Notes: a model not told the origin generated them from the sequence alone. DNA of 64,000 nt from Histomonas meleagridis 2922-C6/04-290x (GCA_020184695.1 JAANOX010000248.1:186001-250000); one strand, 5' to 3'. Shown: positions 22,769 to 33,886, numbered from the stretch's first letter. Translations and numbers: made by a program.

Positions 22769-25009
22769 ATGGAAGCCGAAAATCTACAAACTCTTATTCG
22801 AAAGGAAAATATAAATGTTTGCTTTGAAAAAATTATAGAATTAACAAAAGACCATGATAATCTTTTACAAATTCTCGAATTAATTGCAATCCAAATATCT
22901 GATGACAAACCAGAATTTCGAGGAAAATATCTCACCTTAATGTCTTCAATAATTGAACAACATGTGAATGAATTAGATGCATCTGAACTTCGAGAACGTT
23001 TTCAAAATTGTCTTCCACAAGTTGGACATCATGTTGTAAAACGTGTCCGTCGTCTCACTTACGCATTGTGTCTTTTGTGTATATCTAAGTCAGGTTTATT
23101 AAAAGATGATACCCAATTAGCAATTGAATTTATAAATGAAATTTTATCAATTGGAGAAAATAATAAATGTTTTCGTACTCTTTGCTACCAAACCGCCATT
23201 GACATAGTATTGCAATTCTTTCCAACTGATTATAAGCAAGTCCTTAATATTTTCAAAAACCAAAAAGAAGATGCACCATCATCAGCAGACAGATTATACC
23301 TTTGGTTAGTTCTGTCGCGTCATTATCCAAAAATCAAACTTAATAAAGAATTTCAGATCAATCTATCTCCAAAATCCTTTGAAAAATTCCAACCAATATT
23401 AAGTGAAACAGTCACAAATTCCGTTTCAATACATCCTCTTCTCTGTTTACTTTCTGAAAATCACTCATCTGATTTAATAAGTTTATCATCGTCTCTATAT
23501 ATGGAGGATCAATTCAATCATCCTATTATGTCAGCTCTTATTGCGTCTTCAATTCCATATCTTGATTCCAACGAATTTATAACATTTCTTAAAAATCGCA
23601 AATTATTTAACTCTTCAATTTCCATACCACACAACGCTTGGCTTGTTCAATCCATCAAACGCAAACTTACTGCCATGATAAATAATTCAGATCCACTAAT
23701 GCATAAAGTGTTAAATATTATTCTTACATATCCACGCGATCATTTACATAAATTTTTATTTAATTACATTCGAAACTGTTTTACACTTTTTAATGATGAA
23801 CAAACATTAGAAATCATTAATGAAACCAAAGAATTATCATTTAATGTTGCATATAAATTACTTTCGGCACAAATCCATCGCGAACGTATCAACAATTTTG
23901 GTATTATTAAGGAAATACTTCAAAAGGCTACTTCGAAAGTTTCTAATGAAAAAGATCGAATTAAACTTTCGGAATTTATTAATAATATTATGCGTCGAAC
24001 TACTAATGATGGTAAACCACTTCTAACAGAATCATTAGGTATCGAGATGCCAATAATCAAAGAAACAAATTCACGAAAAGAAATTTCACAAATTTCTAAT
24101 GAAGTAATTTCGATGATTAATTCCATAAATAATATCATTGGAATCAACGAAAACTTTGATGTTATTAAACCGAATAAAACATCTTTTATCGAATTTGTAT
24201 CGAAACTTATTAAAAGTTCATATCCGCATTATAAAAACATTGGAATCGAACTATTAAAATGCGGAATTTTTGCTCTTTCTTCTTCTTCTGTCAATATAAT
24301 TTCGGATATTCCCGAGTTATTACAAATCGCAATTAAGCGAGAAGATTTATGTAAATATGTAATTCCGTATTACATCCAAAAAATTAACGAAATTCCAACT
24401 TCTGATGATATGTTTACATTTCCATTAACGCAAGAAGATTCATATGAAGTTATACCAATTGTTATGAATGAGTTTAAAGGCGAAATTAAAAACGAATCAC
24501 AAATTAAAATTATCGAAAGTTTGTTTTCATTATTAAATGAAGAACAAATTATTGAAGTTATCATACAACAAATTGATAAAATTGTTTCGGATGAAAATAA
24601 CGCAATTGGCGGTACATATATTATATTAATGAAAATTAAACAATCATTTAATCTTGCAAATAGTGTAATGAAATATATTTTGGAAATTGTACCAAAATAT
24701 ATAACAAAACAATCCGCAATGAAAAACTTGAGATTGTGGATGGCAGAATGCGTGAAATATGATGAAATTGATGTTAATGATATAGAAAACGCTGTGTTTA
24801 CATTGGTAAACGTCGAATACCAAACATCGGCATCAGGAAAGAAAAAGGCAGAAGCTGCAATGAGTTGGGCACTGAAAACATTAAAAGCAACTGAGAGGAA
24901 AATACCATGCGAAATGTTCGAGAAATTGGGCGATGTCATAGAAAAAACTGGTTCAAGAGCCGCAGCTTCAATGTTGAAAAATATTATAAATATGAATAAA
25001 GAGAATTAA
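22769..25009 (+). CDS. Hypothetical protein, probable helical (ARM/HEAT-like) solenoid
   Basis: 746-aa ORF with helical L/I-rich composition; family not recognised. Confidence 0.7.
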   Translation: MEAENLQTLIRKENINVCFEKIIELTKDHDNLLQILELIAIQISDDKPEFRGKYLTLMSSIIEQHVNELDASELRERFQNCLPQVGHHVVKRVRRLTYALCLLCISKSGLLKDDTQLAIEFINEILSIGENNKCFRTLCYQTAIDIVLQFFPTDYKQVLNIFKNQKEDAPSSADRLYLWLVLSRHYPKIKLNKEFQINLSPKSFEKFQPILSETVTNSVSIHPLLCLLSENHSSDLISLSSSLYMEDQFNHPIMSALIASSIPYLDSNEFITFLKNRKLFNSSISIPHNAWLVQSIKRKLTAMINNSDPLMHKVLNIILTYPRDHLHKFLFNYIRNCFTLFNDEQTLEIINETKELSFNVAYKLLSAQIHRERINNFGIIKEILQKATSKVSNEKDRIKLSEFINNIMRRTTNDGKPLLTESLGIEMPIIKETNSRKEISQISNEVISMINSINNIIGINENFDVIKPNKTSFIEFVSKLIKSSYPHYKNIGIELLKCGIFALSSSSVNIISDIPELLQIAIKREDLCKYVIPYYIQKINEIPTSDDMFTFPLTQEDSYEVIPIVMNEFKGEIKNESQIKIIESLFSLLNEEQIIEVIIQQIDKIVSDENNAIGGTYIILMKIKQSFNLANSVMKYILEIVPKYITKQSAMKNLRLWMAECVKYDEIDVNDIENAVFTLVNVEYQTSASGKKKAEAAMSWALKTLKATERKIPCEMFEKLGDVIEKTGSRAAASMLKNIINMNKEN

Positions 25010-25227
25010 CTTATAATAATTCGTGTTATAAGGTTTTTATTTCTGATTTAAATATTTAAAAATAATATAAACTTCAAATAAAATAATGTGTATCATTAAG
25101 AGGAAATAGAAATCTCAAAAATTTTTTAATAAAATATATATTATATATTTGAACCAATTTCCCAAAGGTTTTAGAATACCGTTTATGTACGTTTATAAAA
25201 ATGGTAAACGTACAAAAAAATTAAAAA

Positions 25228-25827
25228 ATGTATTATTCCCCAAAAGAAAATTTATCGCCAAATATACAGCCCGAAGGAAAACGTCGAAATCATACTCCAT
25301 TCCGTGCAAGTCCTTCACTTTCTCGGAAAGCAAGAAATTCATTACTTACAGAAAATTTACTTGATAATAGTCCAATAAGTGACTCAACAGACTTAGAATT
25401 CGAAGAAGTTAAAAAGCGGATTGAAAAAAATCAAAATGATGAAATGGTATGGAAAGAAAATATTGATGATATTTTGGAAAATGAAAATGAACTCGTTCGT
25501 TCACTCAATTTTGACCATGAAGAAAGGTACAGCCTTGGTGAAATACAAAGGAAAAGTGAATATGCACAACTTCTTCAAGAATCTTACCAACTTGATGAAG
25601 AAATTGATTTTATGAATGCAATGTTTGATGCCATGGAGGACAATTTCGTCGAAATGTTCAGCCAAATAACTTTCAAAAGACTTTCTGCTGAATTTGAAGA
25701 AAAGTACCATCGAAAACCAAAGAAAATCAATCTATTTGAGTTAATTGGAACTCTTAAACTCGACGAAAACCCATATACTGAATGGGCACCCATGATAGAG
25801 AAACATATTTATAACAATCTCAAATAA
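25228..25827 (+). CDS. Hypothetical protein (S/T-P-rich N-terminus, acidic coiled coil)
   Basis: 199-aa ORF with several SP/TP sites. Confidence 0.65.
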   Translation: MYYSPKENLSPNIQPEGKRRNHTPFRASPSLSRKARNSLLTENLLDNSPISDSTDLEFEEVKKRIEKNQNDEMVWKENIDDILENENELVRSLNFDHEERYSLGEIQRKSEYAQLLQESYQLDEEIDFMNAMFDAMEDNFVEMFSQITFKRLSAEFEEKYHRKPKKINLFELIGTLKLDENPYTEWAPMIEKHIYNNLK

Positions 25828-25860
25828 ATATTTCGAATATTTTATTATTATTTTACAAAA

Positions 25861-27159
25861 TCACACAATAATATTTGGTCTTTTTGGTATCATTTGTTCT
25901 TGCGCCATATCGCAATATTCTGCAGACACAAATTGTAACATTTCCTTAGCATTTACGAGGTCATCTTCTTCCGCTCCATAATCTGTATAATGTTTTAGAT
26001 ACGCTTTCGCTCTAAATAATTTATTAAACCTTTCGACCATTGTATCAAACATATTATGTATAGCCGAAGTATTTGTTAAGCAGAGCACAGATAACTTCGA
26101 ATAAAGCGGCGGATTATTACAAATACCAATTTTCCATCCATCGCTATTCCATGGCGGAAAATGCATTCCGGATGACATTTTATCGATGCTTTGTCTTATT
26201 GAGTTCAATGTTACATCGCCTCGAATAAGTAATGCATTAGATAAATATGTTCCTGAATGTGGATCAACATCACATAATGACGCCTTAGAACTCATTGCTT
26301 CCGTAAAGAACCCACTAACACTTCGTGGTGCATTCTTAGGAATGATAGGTGATATTCCGGATACAAGAAACTTATGATTAGGAAATGGAATCATGTTCGT
26401 TTCGATTTCACGAAGATCAACATTCATTTTGCCAGAAAATCGTGAGCCGGCTGTAAGATCGAGAAGAAAATTGGCAACAACAGTGTTCATTTGATCATAT
26501 GCACCTTGCGTCTGTTGTTCATAACCATATACATAATTTTGTAATGCGGAATTATCAATTGGAAAAACACAATCAGCATATTGACAAAGATGTGAACATG
26601 ACATTACACAGTTATATGGTGAAATAACAACATCAGATGATGTAGATGGAGTAACTACAGTGGCCATTTTCCATTGTTTTGGATATTCATCAGCAAGATT
26701 CTCAAGAATATATGAGCCAAAGCCAGAGCCTGTGCCACCTCCTAGAGAATGAAGCATGAAAAATGAATCTAAATGATCTGTATTTTCAGCAAGACGTCGG
26801 ATTTTCTCAAAAACTATAGGACCAAGATCAACACCATGGCCATGATAACCAAAAGACCAACTATTAGCTGAGCTAGTGGCATCAAAAGAAATATTACAGC
26901 CTTGAAATATTCGACCTATTTTTGATTCTTGAAGTTTTTTAGTAACATTAAGTTCAGTATCAATTAAAACAGCACGAGCACGGACTTTGTTTAAAGTTGA
27001 AAATGAGCCGCCATCCCCAACTTCAAAAAAGGATTGATAAGAAAGATCATATGGTGATTGCTTGTGATAATTTACATGTTCTTGAAGTGCTTTCTCCCAA
27101 AACTTCCAGCCAATTTGATTGCCTGCTTGTCCAATTTGGAGAAAGATGATTTCAGACAT
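25861..27159 (-). CDS. TUBE1: Epsilon-tubulin
   Basis: LQIGQAGNQIG..FW..AL.EH, ARAVLIDTE, HSLGGGTGSGFG, MNVDLREIETNMIPFP; the ALxEH/ARAV pattern fits epsilon rather than alpha, beta or gamma. Confidence 0.8.
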   Translation of the reverse strand: MSEIIFLQIGQAGNQIGWKFWEKALQEHVNYHKQSPYDLSYQSFFEVGDGGSFSTLNKVRARAVLIDTELNVTKKLQESKIGRIFQGCNISFDATSSANSWSFGYHGHGVDLGPIVFEKIRRLAENTDHLDSFFMLHSLGGGTGSGFGSYILENLADEYPKQWKMATVVTPSTSSDVVISPYNCVMSCSHLCQYADCVFPIDNSALQNYVYGYEQQTQGAYDQMNTVVANFLLDLTAGSRFSGKMNVDLREIETNMIPFPNHKFLVSGISPIIPKNAPRSVSGFFTEAMSSKASLCDVDPHSGTYLSNALLIRGDVTLNSIRQSIDKMSSGMHFPPWNSDGWKIGICNNPPLYSKLSVLCLTNTSAIHNMFDTMVERFNKLFRAKAYLKHYTDYGAEEDDLVNAKEMLQFVSAEYCDMAQEQMIPKRPNIIV

Positions 27160-27375
27160 AAAAACGTTTAAATATAAAAAACAATAAAAAGTGACAGTAA
27201 TATCAGCATAAAAAAATGTTATTACAAATACGGCATTTGTATTCCCTCAACTTGGTGTCAGCTTTTACAAAAAAATTGCGCTAATGTAAACAAAAAGTAA
27301 AGCTGTTCATGACTATAACAATCTAAATACATGTTTATTTGAAATCATATTTTGCTTTAAACAAGTGATTTTTCA

Positions 27376-27702
27376 TCATTCAAGAAGGCCTATGTCTTTT
27401 GCTCGTGATCCACATTTAGCCTTGATTCGTAAATGCATCTGTAAAGTACTATCTGTAATTGGTATTGAAATTTTCTTCTCAGTGCGATCACATTCTATTA
27501 GATATGTAACAGGTTTATCATCTTCTATTTTAAATCTAACAGATATATAATGTGCTGGAATTGGTTTTGTTTTTGTTGGCTTTGAAAACTTAACATTTAC
27601 CCATGTTTGATCTTTTTCGTCTTTATATGGTTCAGTTAATGACACCATCCATCCATTTTCCCAAGAGTCAATTAATTCGCGGCAACTTTCCATTTTTGCC
27701 AA
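27376..27702 (-). CDS. Small protein resembling the AKAP14/AKAP28 axonemal family
   Basis: F.KPTKTKPIP...SVRFKIE..VTYLIE resembles the AKAP14 PT..KPIP..SV.F.IE motif (from memory). Confidence 0.45.
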   Translation of the reverse strand: MAKMESCRELIDSWENGWMVSLTEPYKDEKDQTWVNVKFSKPTKTKPIPAHYISVRFKIEDDKPVTYLIECDRTEKKISIPITDSTLQMHLRIKAKCGSRAKDIGLLE

Positions 27703-27780
27703 TTGTTCGTTTCTTCCTTAAAACTGCCAAAAAAATTTGAATTGATTTTTTTCTGCCGGTTGTGTCTGTTTAAAATTAAG

Positions 27781-28551
27781 ATGTCTTTGCCTTTTCGAAA
27801 TCGACAAATGTCAAATCGTTCAATTTCGAAAAGGCTTTATACTGCACAAAGAGACGCTTTAATATTAAAGCAAAAAATGGAATCATTATTGCCAAATAGA
27901 AATTCACAAATTTTAACAATTGAGCTTCTTAGAGGAATTACTATTAAAGTTTTGGTTAAATCTAAATTGATAACACAGATTTTAATCAAATCACTCCAAA
28001 ACTCAGGTGTAAAAGTTGCAGATAATGCAGATTATATTTTAACAGATTATAAAAAAGAAGAAATAGATTCACTCAAGAATTCAAATAAGAATATTAAAAT
28101 TATTTTGGTAAAACAAGTACCTTTTCTTTTGGAAAATATTAATTTTTCTGATTTCAAGGGGAGGCTAGTAATTTGCGATGCTTTTGGAAGGTTGCGTCCA
28201 AACTATAAAGATATTTCTCATATGCCACAACTTATATTAGCATCAATTCCTTATGATCAATTAATATCACCATTTTTTACCAACAAAAATCAAAACTCAA
28301 CAGAAACTGACTTTTACATGAGCGTACTGGAGGCCCTCCCACGAGAAGGAGAACAACAACTTACAAACGGAGGATATTGTGAAATTTGCAATAAAAGATT
28401 TGTAAATGGAAGAGAGCATCAACAATCAGAAGAACACAAAAGAAATAATACAGACTTGAAATGGGTCATGTTTGATCATTTGTCTTTATGTTTTAATCGG
28501 CTGCCACGAAAACAAATACAAACCTCTTTAATTATATCTCCAATTATATAA
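27781..28551 (+). CDS. DBF4-like protein (Cdc7 activator): motif-M-like segment and DBF4-type zinc finger
   Basis: LVICDAFGRLRP.YK and GYCEICNKRF...EH..SEEH; ATG at 27781. Confidence 0.6.
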   Translation: MSLPFRNRQMSNRSISKRLYTAQRDALILKQKMESLLPNRNSQILTIELLRGITIKVLVKSKLITQILIKSLQNSGVKVADNADYILTDYKKEEIDSLKNSNKNIKIILVKQVPFLLENINFSDFKGRLVICDAFGRLRPNYKDISHMPQLILASIPYDQLISPFFTNKNQNSTETDFYMSVLEALPREGEQQLTNGGYCEICNKRFVNGREHQQSEEHKRNNTDLKWVMFDHLSLCFNRLPRKQIQTSLIISPII

Positions 28552-28631
28552 ACTTGTTTTGTTGTGTACGATTTTCGTTTTCATTTCATTTTGCAAAAAT
28601 TTGAATATATTCATTTCAATAATAATTTATT

Positions 28632-29126
28632 TCAAACATGTGCTAATGCAAGATTTCCGGTTACAGGTCTCCCTTCACTATCCTCTAGCTTTACCAGAGG
28701 AAGTATTGGTTTAATTGTTTCTATGTTTTCATCAAACCATTTAATTAAAACCTCTTTTCTTCTTTTTGCCTCTCTGTCTACTTTTAAATTTAACTGTAAT
28801 GCTATAACCTCAGCCAAGCTCAAGAGCTCAGCTTGGTTAAGACTTGGACCATAAAAATCACAAATTGTTTTCCATCCTTCACTGGTTTTTACAGAAAAAC
28901 CTCGAAGTCTTTCATCTACTCTTTTCCGTTCTATTTCATTTTGATTTCTTGCCTGTTCAATTCCGCCATCGAATGCATTTCTTGTAAAATTTGATTCAGA
29001 TGGGGGATTTCTTAAACATTGATTCAAGCTTTTTAGTCTATCAATCACGAAAGTTGAAGTCTGGATGTTCATTCTTACGATCGTGGATATCCTGCTAATA
29101 GCATCTTTGAGTCTCTGATTTTCCAT
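28632..29126 (-). CDS. Parabasalid-type conserved hypothetical protein
   Basis: ELLSLAEVIA..LNLKVDREAKRRKEVLIKWFDEN motif, seen in many trichomonad hypothetical proteins (from memory). Confidence 0.6.
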   Translation of the reverse strand: MENQRLKDAISRISTIVRMNIQTSTFVIDRLKSLNQCLRNPPSESNFTRNAFDGGIEQARNQNEIERKRVDERLRGFSVKTSEGWKTICDFYGPSLNQAELLSLAEVIALQLNLKVDREAKRRKEVLIKWFDENIETIKPILPLVKLEDSEGRPVTGNLALAHV

Positions 29127-29244
29127 TTTTTGAGCAAAGCAAAATTGTCACTTCACATGGACATTTTTTCAGGCGGTTTAAACAAGATATTGCATTGAAA
29201 AAAACGTCCGCGATTTCGAACAAACCTAGTCAATCAAAATGTAG

Positions 29245-29610
29245 ATGTTCGATATAACTTCTCCTGAATTTTCTCAAATCATTCGTAATTATTGTGAACA
29301 GCAAAGGATTTCTGAAGCTAGACTTATAAGACAAGCATTTGATACACCAATAAATTATTCTACTCTCAAAGCATTTAGAAATCAAAGTTTAAGTCAACAA
29401 ATAGATGAAGCTCAATTTGAAATAAAAGTAATCAATGATGTAATTGAAAATGATGCCATTACAGCTCCGCCAAAAAATCAACAACAGATCATTCAAAATT
29501 CACAGGCTTATCAGCAAAATCAAGTTGCAAAGTCATACATGAAAATGGAAGAAGAAAAGCTCAAGGCTCTTAAAGCACTCTACGCTCAAGACCAAAATAC
29601 GCATGGATAA
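29245..29610 (+). CDS. Hypothetical protein
   Basis: 121-aa ORF, divergent from the previous gene. Confidence 0.55.
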   Translation: MFDITSPEFSQIIRNYCEQQRISEARLIRQAFDTPINYSTLKAFRNQSLSQQIDEAQFEIKVINDVIENDAITAPPKNQQQIIQNSQAYQQNQVAKSYMKMEEEKLKALKALYAQDQNTHG

Positions 29611-29667
29611 TATTGTATTATTTTTTTTGAATAAATGTTTGATATACTAATATTTTACTTACAATTT

Positions 29668-30246
29668 TTAACTTCTAGATTTCTTCTGACAATAATACTT
29701 AAAAACAGTAGTATTGAAAACTTCAATTAGATTACATCTTTTTGGAAGATTCCAGAAAATTTTGTCACCGTCTGAAGTATCTTGCCTATTAACAGCCCTT
29801 GCTAGTTGCTGTCCGCATGCCCATTTTGGCACTGGTTTTCCATTAAAAAATTCCGAGTTTAAGTCTAAATCAAAAGACTTCATTGGTTCTTCATCTTCCC
29901 AATCACTCATTTCATATGAATCTCTTGGATTTTCATGACTACATGTAAGTGTAAAAAGAGGCCGTTCTTCGTATTTTGGATTTTCTGGTTGTAAATCAAA
30001 ACGAAATTTAAAATTTTTGATATATTTTGGACCATTGCTATAATTTTGATCATCATGGTCTGCTGGTATATTAGGCATAATCGGTGGGTCATCAATTTCT
30101 GGTGGTGGTATGAATGGATTTTCAATTTTATATTGATGAATTTGCAGTTCTCTGTATAGCCAAGACTTGTTTGAATGGAAGATGCGGTCTATTTCGTTTA
30201 TTGCTGAATCTCCTAGAAAATTGATTTTTTGAACAATATTTTCCAT
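29668..30246 (-). CDS. INCENP IN-box (Aurora-binding) domain protein
   Basis: SYEMSD.EDE..GKPVPKWACG.QL..AV..Q....IF......NL.EVF fits the IN-box pattern; ATG at 30246. Confidence 0.6.
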   Translation of the reverse strand: MENIVQKINFLGDSAINEIDRIFHSNKSWLYRELQIHQYKIENPFIPPPEIDDPPIMPNIPADHDDQNYSNGPKYIKNFKFRFDLQPENPKYEERPLFTLTCSHENPRDSYEMSDWEDEEPMKSFDLDLNSEFFNGKPVPKWACGQQLARAVNRQDTSDGDKIFWNLPKRCNLIEVFNTTVFKYYCQKKSRS

Positions 30247-30618
30247 TTGCCTCTTCCAATAATTATTAAACGGCAATGTTCCCGACCAAAAAAAAATTCC
30301 TTAGAATATTACATTAATTATCACTGAAATATGGAAACAACATTAGCCATGCATTTTTTAAATTATAATATTCAAGTCATTTGAACCTGATAATTTTTTT
30401 TAATTGATTTATTAATCAGCTCAATTTTCGAGATTTTTTTATTTATAGAATAGCTACGATATAATATAAACTTTTTTATATTATTTTCTTTAAAATTCTT
30501 TTTATTAATCAGAAAAATTCAGGTTTAATGAAATCAATTTCTGACACCTTAACGTACGGAAATATTTACGTTTAAAATTTTCTGAGACCATATTCGTACG
30601 TTTAGGTTTATTTTACAT

Positions 30619-31575
30619 ATGAGCAAGATCTCTGTCGCACGCAGAACCAATGGATTAACTGATGCCAAGCTTAGCAGGAGGACGCCCTTAGGGCAATTAG
30701 CAAATCATACAGTTGCACGTCAACCAGTCCAAAAAGTTTCACAGATAACACGTGTGATTCCGAGAGAGCCATTTAAACACACCGAAATCCCAATTGGTTC
30801 CATTGAAGATCCACAGGACGTTGTTGAATTCGAACATATCATATATCGTACCATGCGTCAAAATGAAATTTCTGCAATACCACTTACCTTCAATCAGAAA
30901 GAAATAACCATGAAAGATCGAAATCTTCTTGTTGATGCCATGTGTCGCTTTCATTTTAAGTTATGTCTTACAACCAATGGTTTTTACAGATTCTTAGGTA
31001 TATTAGATAGATTTATAACCACAGCACATATTCCACGACGCAAACTCATTCTTTATGGATGCGCTTGTTTATTCATAGCCTCCAAGATTGAAGATGTTCA
31101 ACCAGCTCAATCTGATGATCTTATTGAATTGAGCCGACATGAATTTACACGAAACGAACTCTTTGAAGCCGAAAACTATGTAATTAACTCCATTGTTTTC
31201 GACACAACCTTCCCGACACCACTTTTCTTCCTTACGCAATTCATGAGAATTAGTGGTCAAACAAAGAAATCCATTCTCCTTGCACGGTATATTTTGGAAA
31301 TATGCCAAAGCTCGGAACATTTCTTTGGTTCTAAGGCTTCTTTGATGGCATCTGTCGCAGTGATGGCATGCAGATTATTATGTGGAGAAGAAAAATGGAC
31401 AACTGAATTGAGACAATATACTATGTACACTGAAGAAGATTTAATGCCACACATTAAAGTAGTGAAAGAGATGCTCTCTCAAAAGGATAGAGAGGAAACT
31501 AGATTCATGAGAAGGAAATACGGATCAGATTTGTTCTTAAACGTTGCTGACGTCGATGTCTCAAAGTTGAACTAA
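30619..31575 (+). CDS. Mitotic (A/B-type) cyclin
   Basis: D-box RTPLGQLAN; cyclin box R..LVD.M, LDRF, L.GCACLFIASK.E, FPTPLFFL. Confidence 0.85.
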   Translation: MSKISVARRTNGLTDAKLSRRTPLGQLANHTVARQPVQKVSQITRVIPREPFKHTEIPIGSIEDPQDVVEFEHIIYRTMRQNEISAIPLTFNQKEITMKDRNLLVDAMCRFHFKLCLTTNGFYRFLGILDRFITTAHIPRRKLILYGCACLFIASKIEDVQPAQSDDLIELSRHEFTRNELFEAENYVINSIVFDTTFPTPLFFLTQFMRISGQTKKSILLARYILEICQSSEHFFGSKASLMASVAVMACRLLCGEEKWTTELRQYTMYTEEDLMPHIKVVKEMLSQKDREETRFMRRKYGSDLFLNVADVDVSKLN

Positions 31576-31947
31576 CAAATTTGAAACTAAATATTATTTG
31601 GACTGATCTAAACGAATCTTAAATATTGATCTGAGAAATTGATTTGTCTTTCGATGATATTTTAAAATGAATTTTTGGTTTACTAATTTGTAATTTTTTG
31701 GGCTTATTGATCATATTTTAGTGTTTGATAATGTGCAAAATATGATATTTATCTTGGATAAAAATATTATGTTCATTATACCCAGAAGGAAATAGTGTGG
31801 TACGATTTTATCATTCAAAGAGAATTTTTCTTATACTTTTTACATGATTTCCAAAGAAGTCAACCACTAAAATGAGTTAACGTTCGATTGTTTATTTGAA
31901 AAGTGTCAAAAGTCCAAAAAATAAAAAGTGTCAGAAAAGTGACCAAA

Positions 31948-33255
31948 ATGCAGACCTACGGAAATGATGATGAAGACAACTTAATGCTCGGTAATTCTGA
32001 AAATTACCCAAAGCAAGAACAAGTATATGATGGTAGGCGTCAAAGAAAGGTAATTACACGTCGATGGATTGATCATCAACAAGCGTTTACTCTTTTCCGC
32101 CAAGATCGGCCATATCAATCATATGATCAATACCCGCAAAACATACCAGATCAACTTCGGAATTTATATCCTCCGTTTGCATATAAAAGTCTCAGTACTT
32201 CAATAACATCAAAATTTATTCGTGCATCAACAAATAAGAAGAGGTCTAGCATCAATGCAATGGCTTGGCAACCCGATGGCAAACGTCTTGTTGCAGGTTA
32301 TGCAAATGGAATGGTTACTCTTTGGAATGGTCTAGGTTTTAATTTCGAAATTATGATGCAACGTCATGAACCAGAATGTGCCATATTTGATTTAGTTTGG
32401 TCTCGTAGTGGCGATTACATGCTAACAGTTGATGAAAGCAATCTTCTCAAAGTATGGCAAACAAATTACGATGTCATTGAACAATGGAAACTTCATGAAG
32501 ACAAAGTCCGACAACTTTCCTTTGCACCCGGTGATCGCAAATTTGCATCTTGTTCTGATGATACAACAATTAAAATTTGGGATCTTGCAACATGCAAAAT
32601 GGAATGTACATTAAATGACAATGGTTGTAGTGTTCGTACAGTTGATTGGCATCCATCTCGATCCCTCATTGCCAGTGGAGGAAAAGATGGACATATTTAT
32701 CTTATGGATCCACGAGCCGATAATCCTGTTTGTCTCACATCCATCGCACTCCATAAGAACGTTGTCACCAAAGTTAGCTGGAATCGCAATGGAAATTGGG
32801 TACTTTCATGTGGTCGAGATTCCAAAATTCGTCTTGTTGATATTCGCATTATGAATGAATGGATGGTATTCCAAGGTCACGAGAAAGAAGCATTCACTGT
32901 CGAATGGCATCCGATTCACGAGCATTTGTTCGCAAGCGGCGGTTTCACTGGTGAACTTCACTGGTGGTGTGTTGGCAATGAGCGACCGTTGTACTCCCTC
33001 CCCAAAGCACACCAGCATTCTATTAACCAATTAAGGTTCCATCCACTCGGACATATATTAGCCTCGTCTGGGCAGGAAGGAATTGTAAAGTTTTGGGTGA
33101 GAAACAGATGTGGTGATGACGTGACAAAATCTTCAAATGAAGAAAGAGTTGAAGAAACCGCTGTTTCTGCAAATGTGGTTTCAAATGATATTCCGGGATT
33201 AAAACCTTTTGATGAACTAATGGGTAGTGATATACCTGTTGAAGTCCCGTGTTAA
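31948..33255 (+). CDS. WDR33: WD40 polyadenylation factor Pfs2/WDR33/FY
   Basis: TSITSKFIRASTNKKRSSINAMAWQPDGKRLV.G...G..TLWNG..FNFE..MQ.H; ends HPLGHILAS...KFW.RNR.GD; ATG at 31948. Confidence 0.85.
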   Translation: MQTYGNDDEDNLMLGNSENYPKQEQVYDGRRQRKVITRRWIDHQQAFTLFRQDRPYQSYDQYPQNIPDQLRNLYPPFAYKSLSTSITSKFIRASTNKKRSSINAMAWQPDGKRLVAGYANGMVTLWNGLGFNFEIMMQRHEPECAIFDLVWSRSGDYMLTVDESNLLKVWQTNYDVIEQWKLHEDKVRQLSFAPGDRKFASCSDDTTIKIWDLATCKMECTLNDNGCSVRTVDWHPSRSLIASGGKDGHIYLMDPRADNPVCLTSIALHKNVVTKVSWNRNGNWVLSCGRDSKIRLVDIRIMNEWMVFQGHEKEAFTVEWHPIHEHLFASGGFTGELHWWCVGNERPLYSLPKAHQHSINQLRFHPLGHILASSGQEGIVKFWVRNRCGDDVTKSSNEERVEETAVSANVVSNDIPGLKPFDELMGSDIPVEVPC

Positions 33256-33469
33256 AAATTGATTTGTGATAAAAAATAAAGTTTTATTTTCCAAATTATT
33301 TTATGTTTTTTTAGTAAGTAAGATACAAGTTGTACCTTCCTCAAATGATGTTATTTGAATAAAGATATGAATAATGAAAAAAGTTTTTCATTGCAAGTTT
33401 CAAAGTGTTAATTTTGCAAATAGGAAAAAGAATTAAACGGTCATTTCGGGGCGTCCCAATTCCAACTTA

Positions 33470-33886
33470 ATGGAAATAGAAAGTGATGACGTGAAAAAAG
33501 TAAATGAAGCAATCGAAATATCAAAAACTAGTTCTACAGATGCTTTTATTGCAATATGTTTTTATCATACAGAAATAACACCTTCTTTTTTTACAGCGAT
33601 GTTATTTAACAAATTTCGCATAAACTATAGTTCAGACACAGTCGGGAAATTATTCATCATAGATGCTGCCAAAAACCCAAAATTTGCTGCTAGCTTTGGT
33701 GTTATTCCAACACCAGCCGTTGTAATCATATGGAAAGGAAATCCTTTAGAAATTCGTCGTCCAGGATGGGACCTTACAAACAAGATAATTGGAGCATTGA
33801 GTGAAGAGTGTTGGCTTTCAATTCTTCGATATATGGCAAGCTTGCCAAAAGATGAAGAACGTAAATTTTTATCTGTAAACTTTTGA
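33470..33886 (+). CDS. Thioredoxin-fold-like protein without CxxC
   Basis: IDA..NP.FAA.FGV...PA.V..WKG pattern; weak assignment. Confidence 0.45.
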   Translation: MEIESDDVKKVNEAIEISKTSSTDAFIAICFYHTEITPSFFTAMLFNKFRINYSSDTVGKLFIIDAAKNPKFAASFGVIPTPAVVIIWKGNPLEIRRPGWDLTNKIIGALSEECWLSILRYMASLPKDEERKFLSVNF

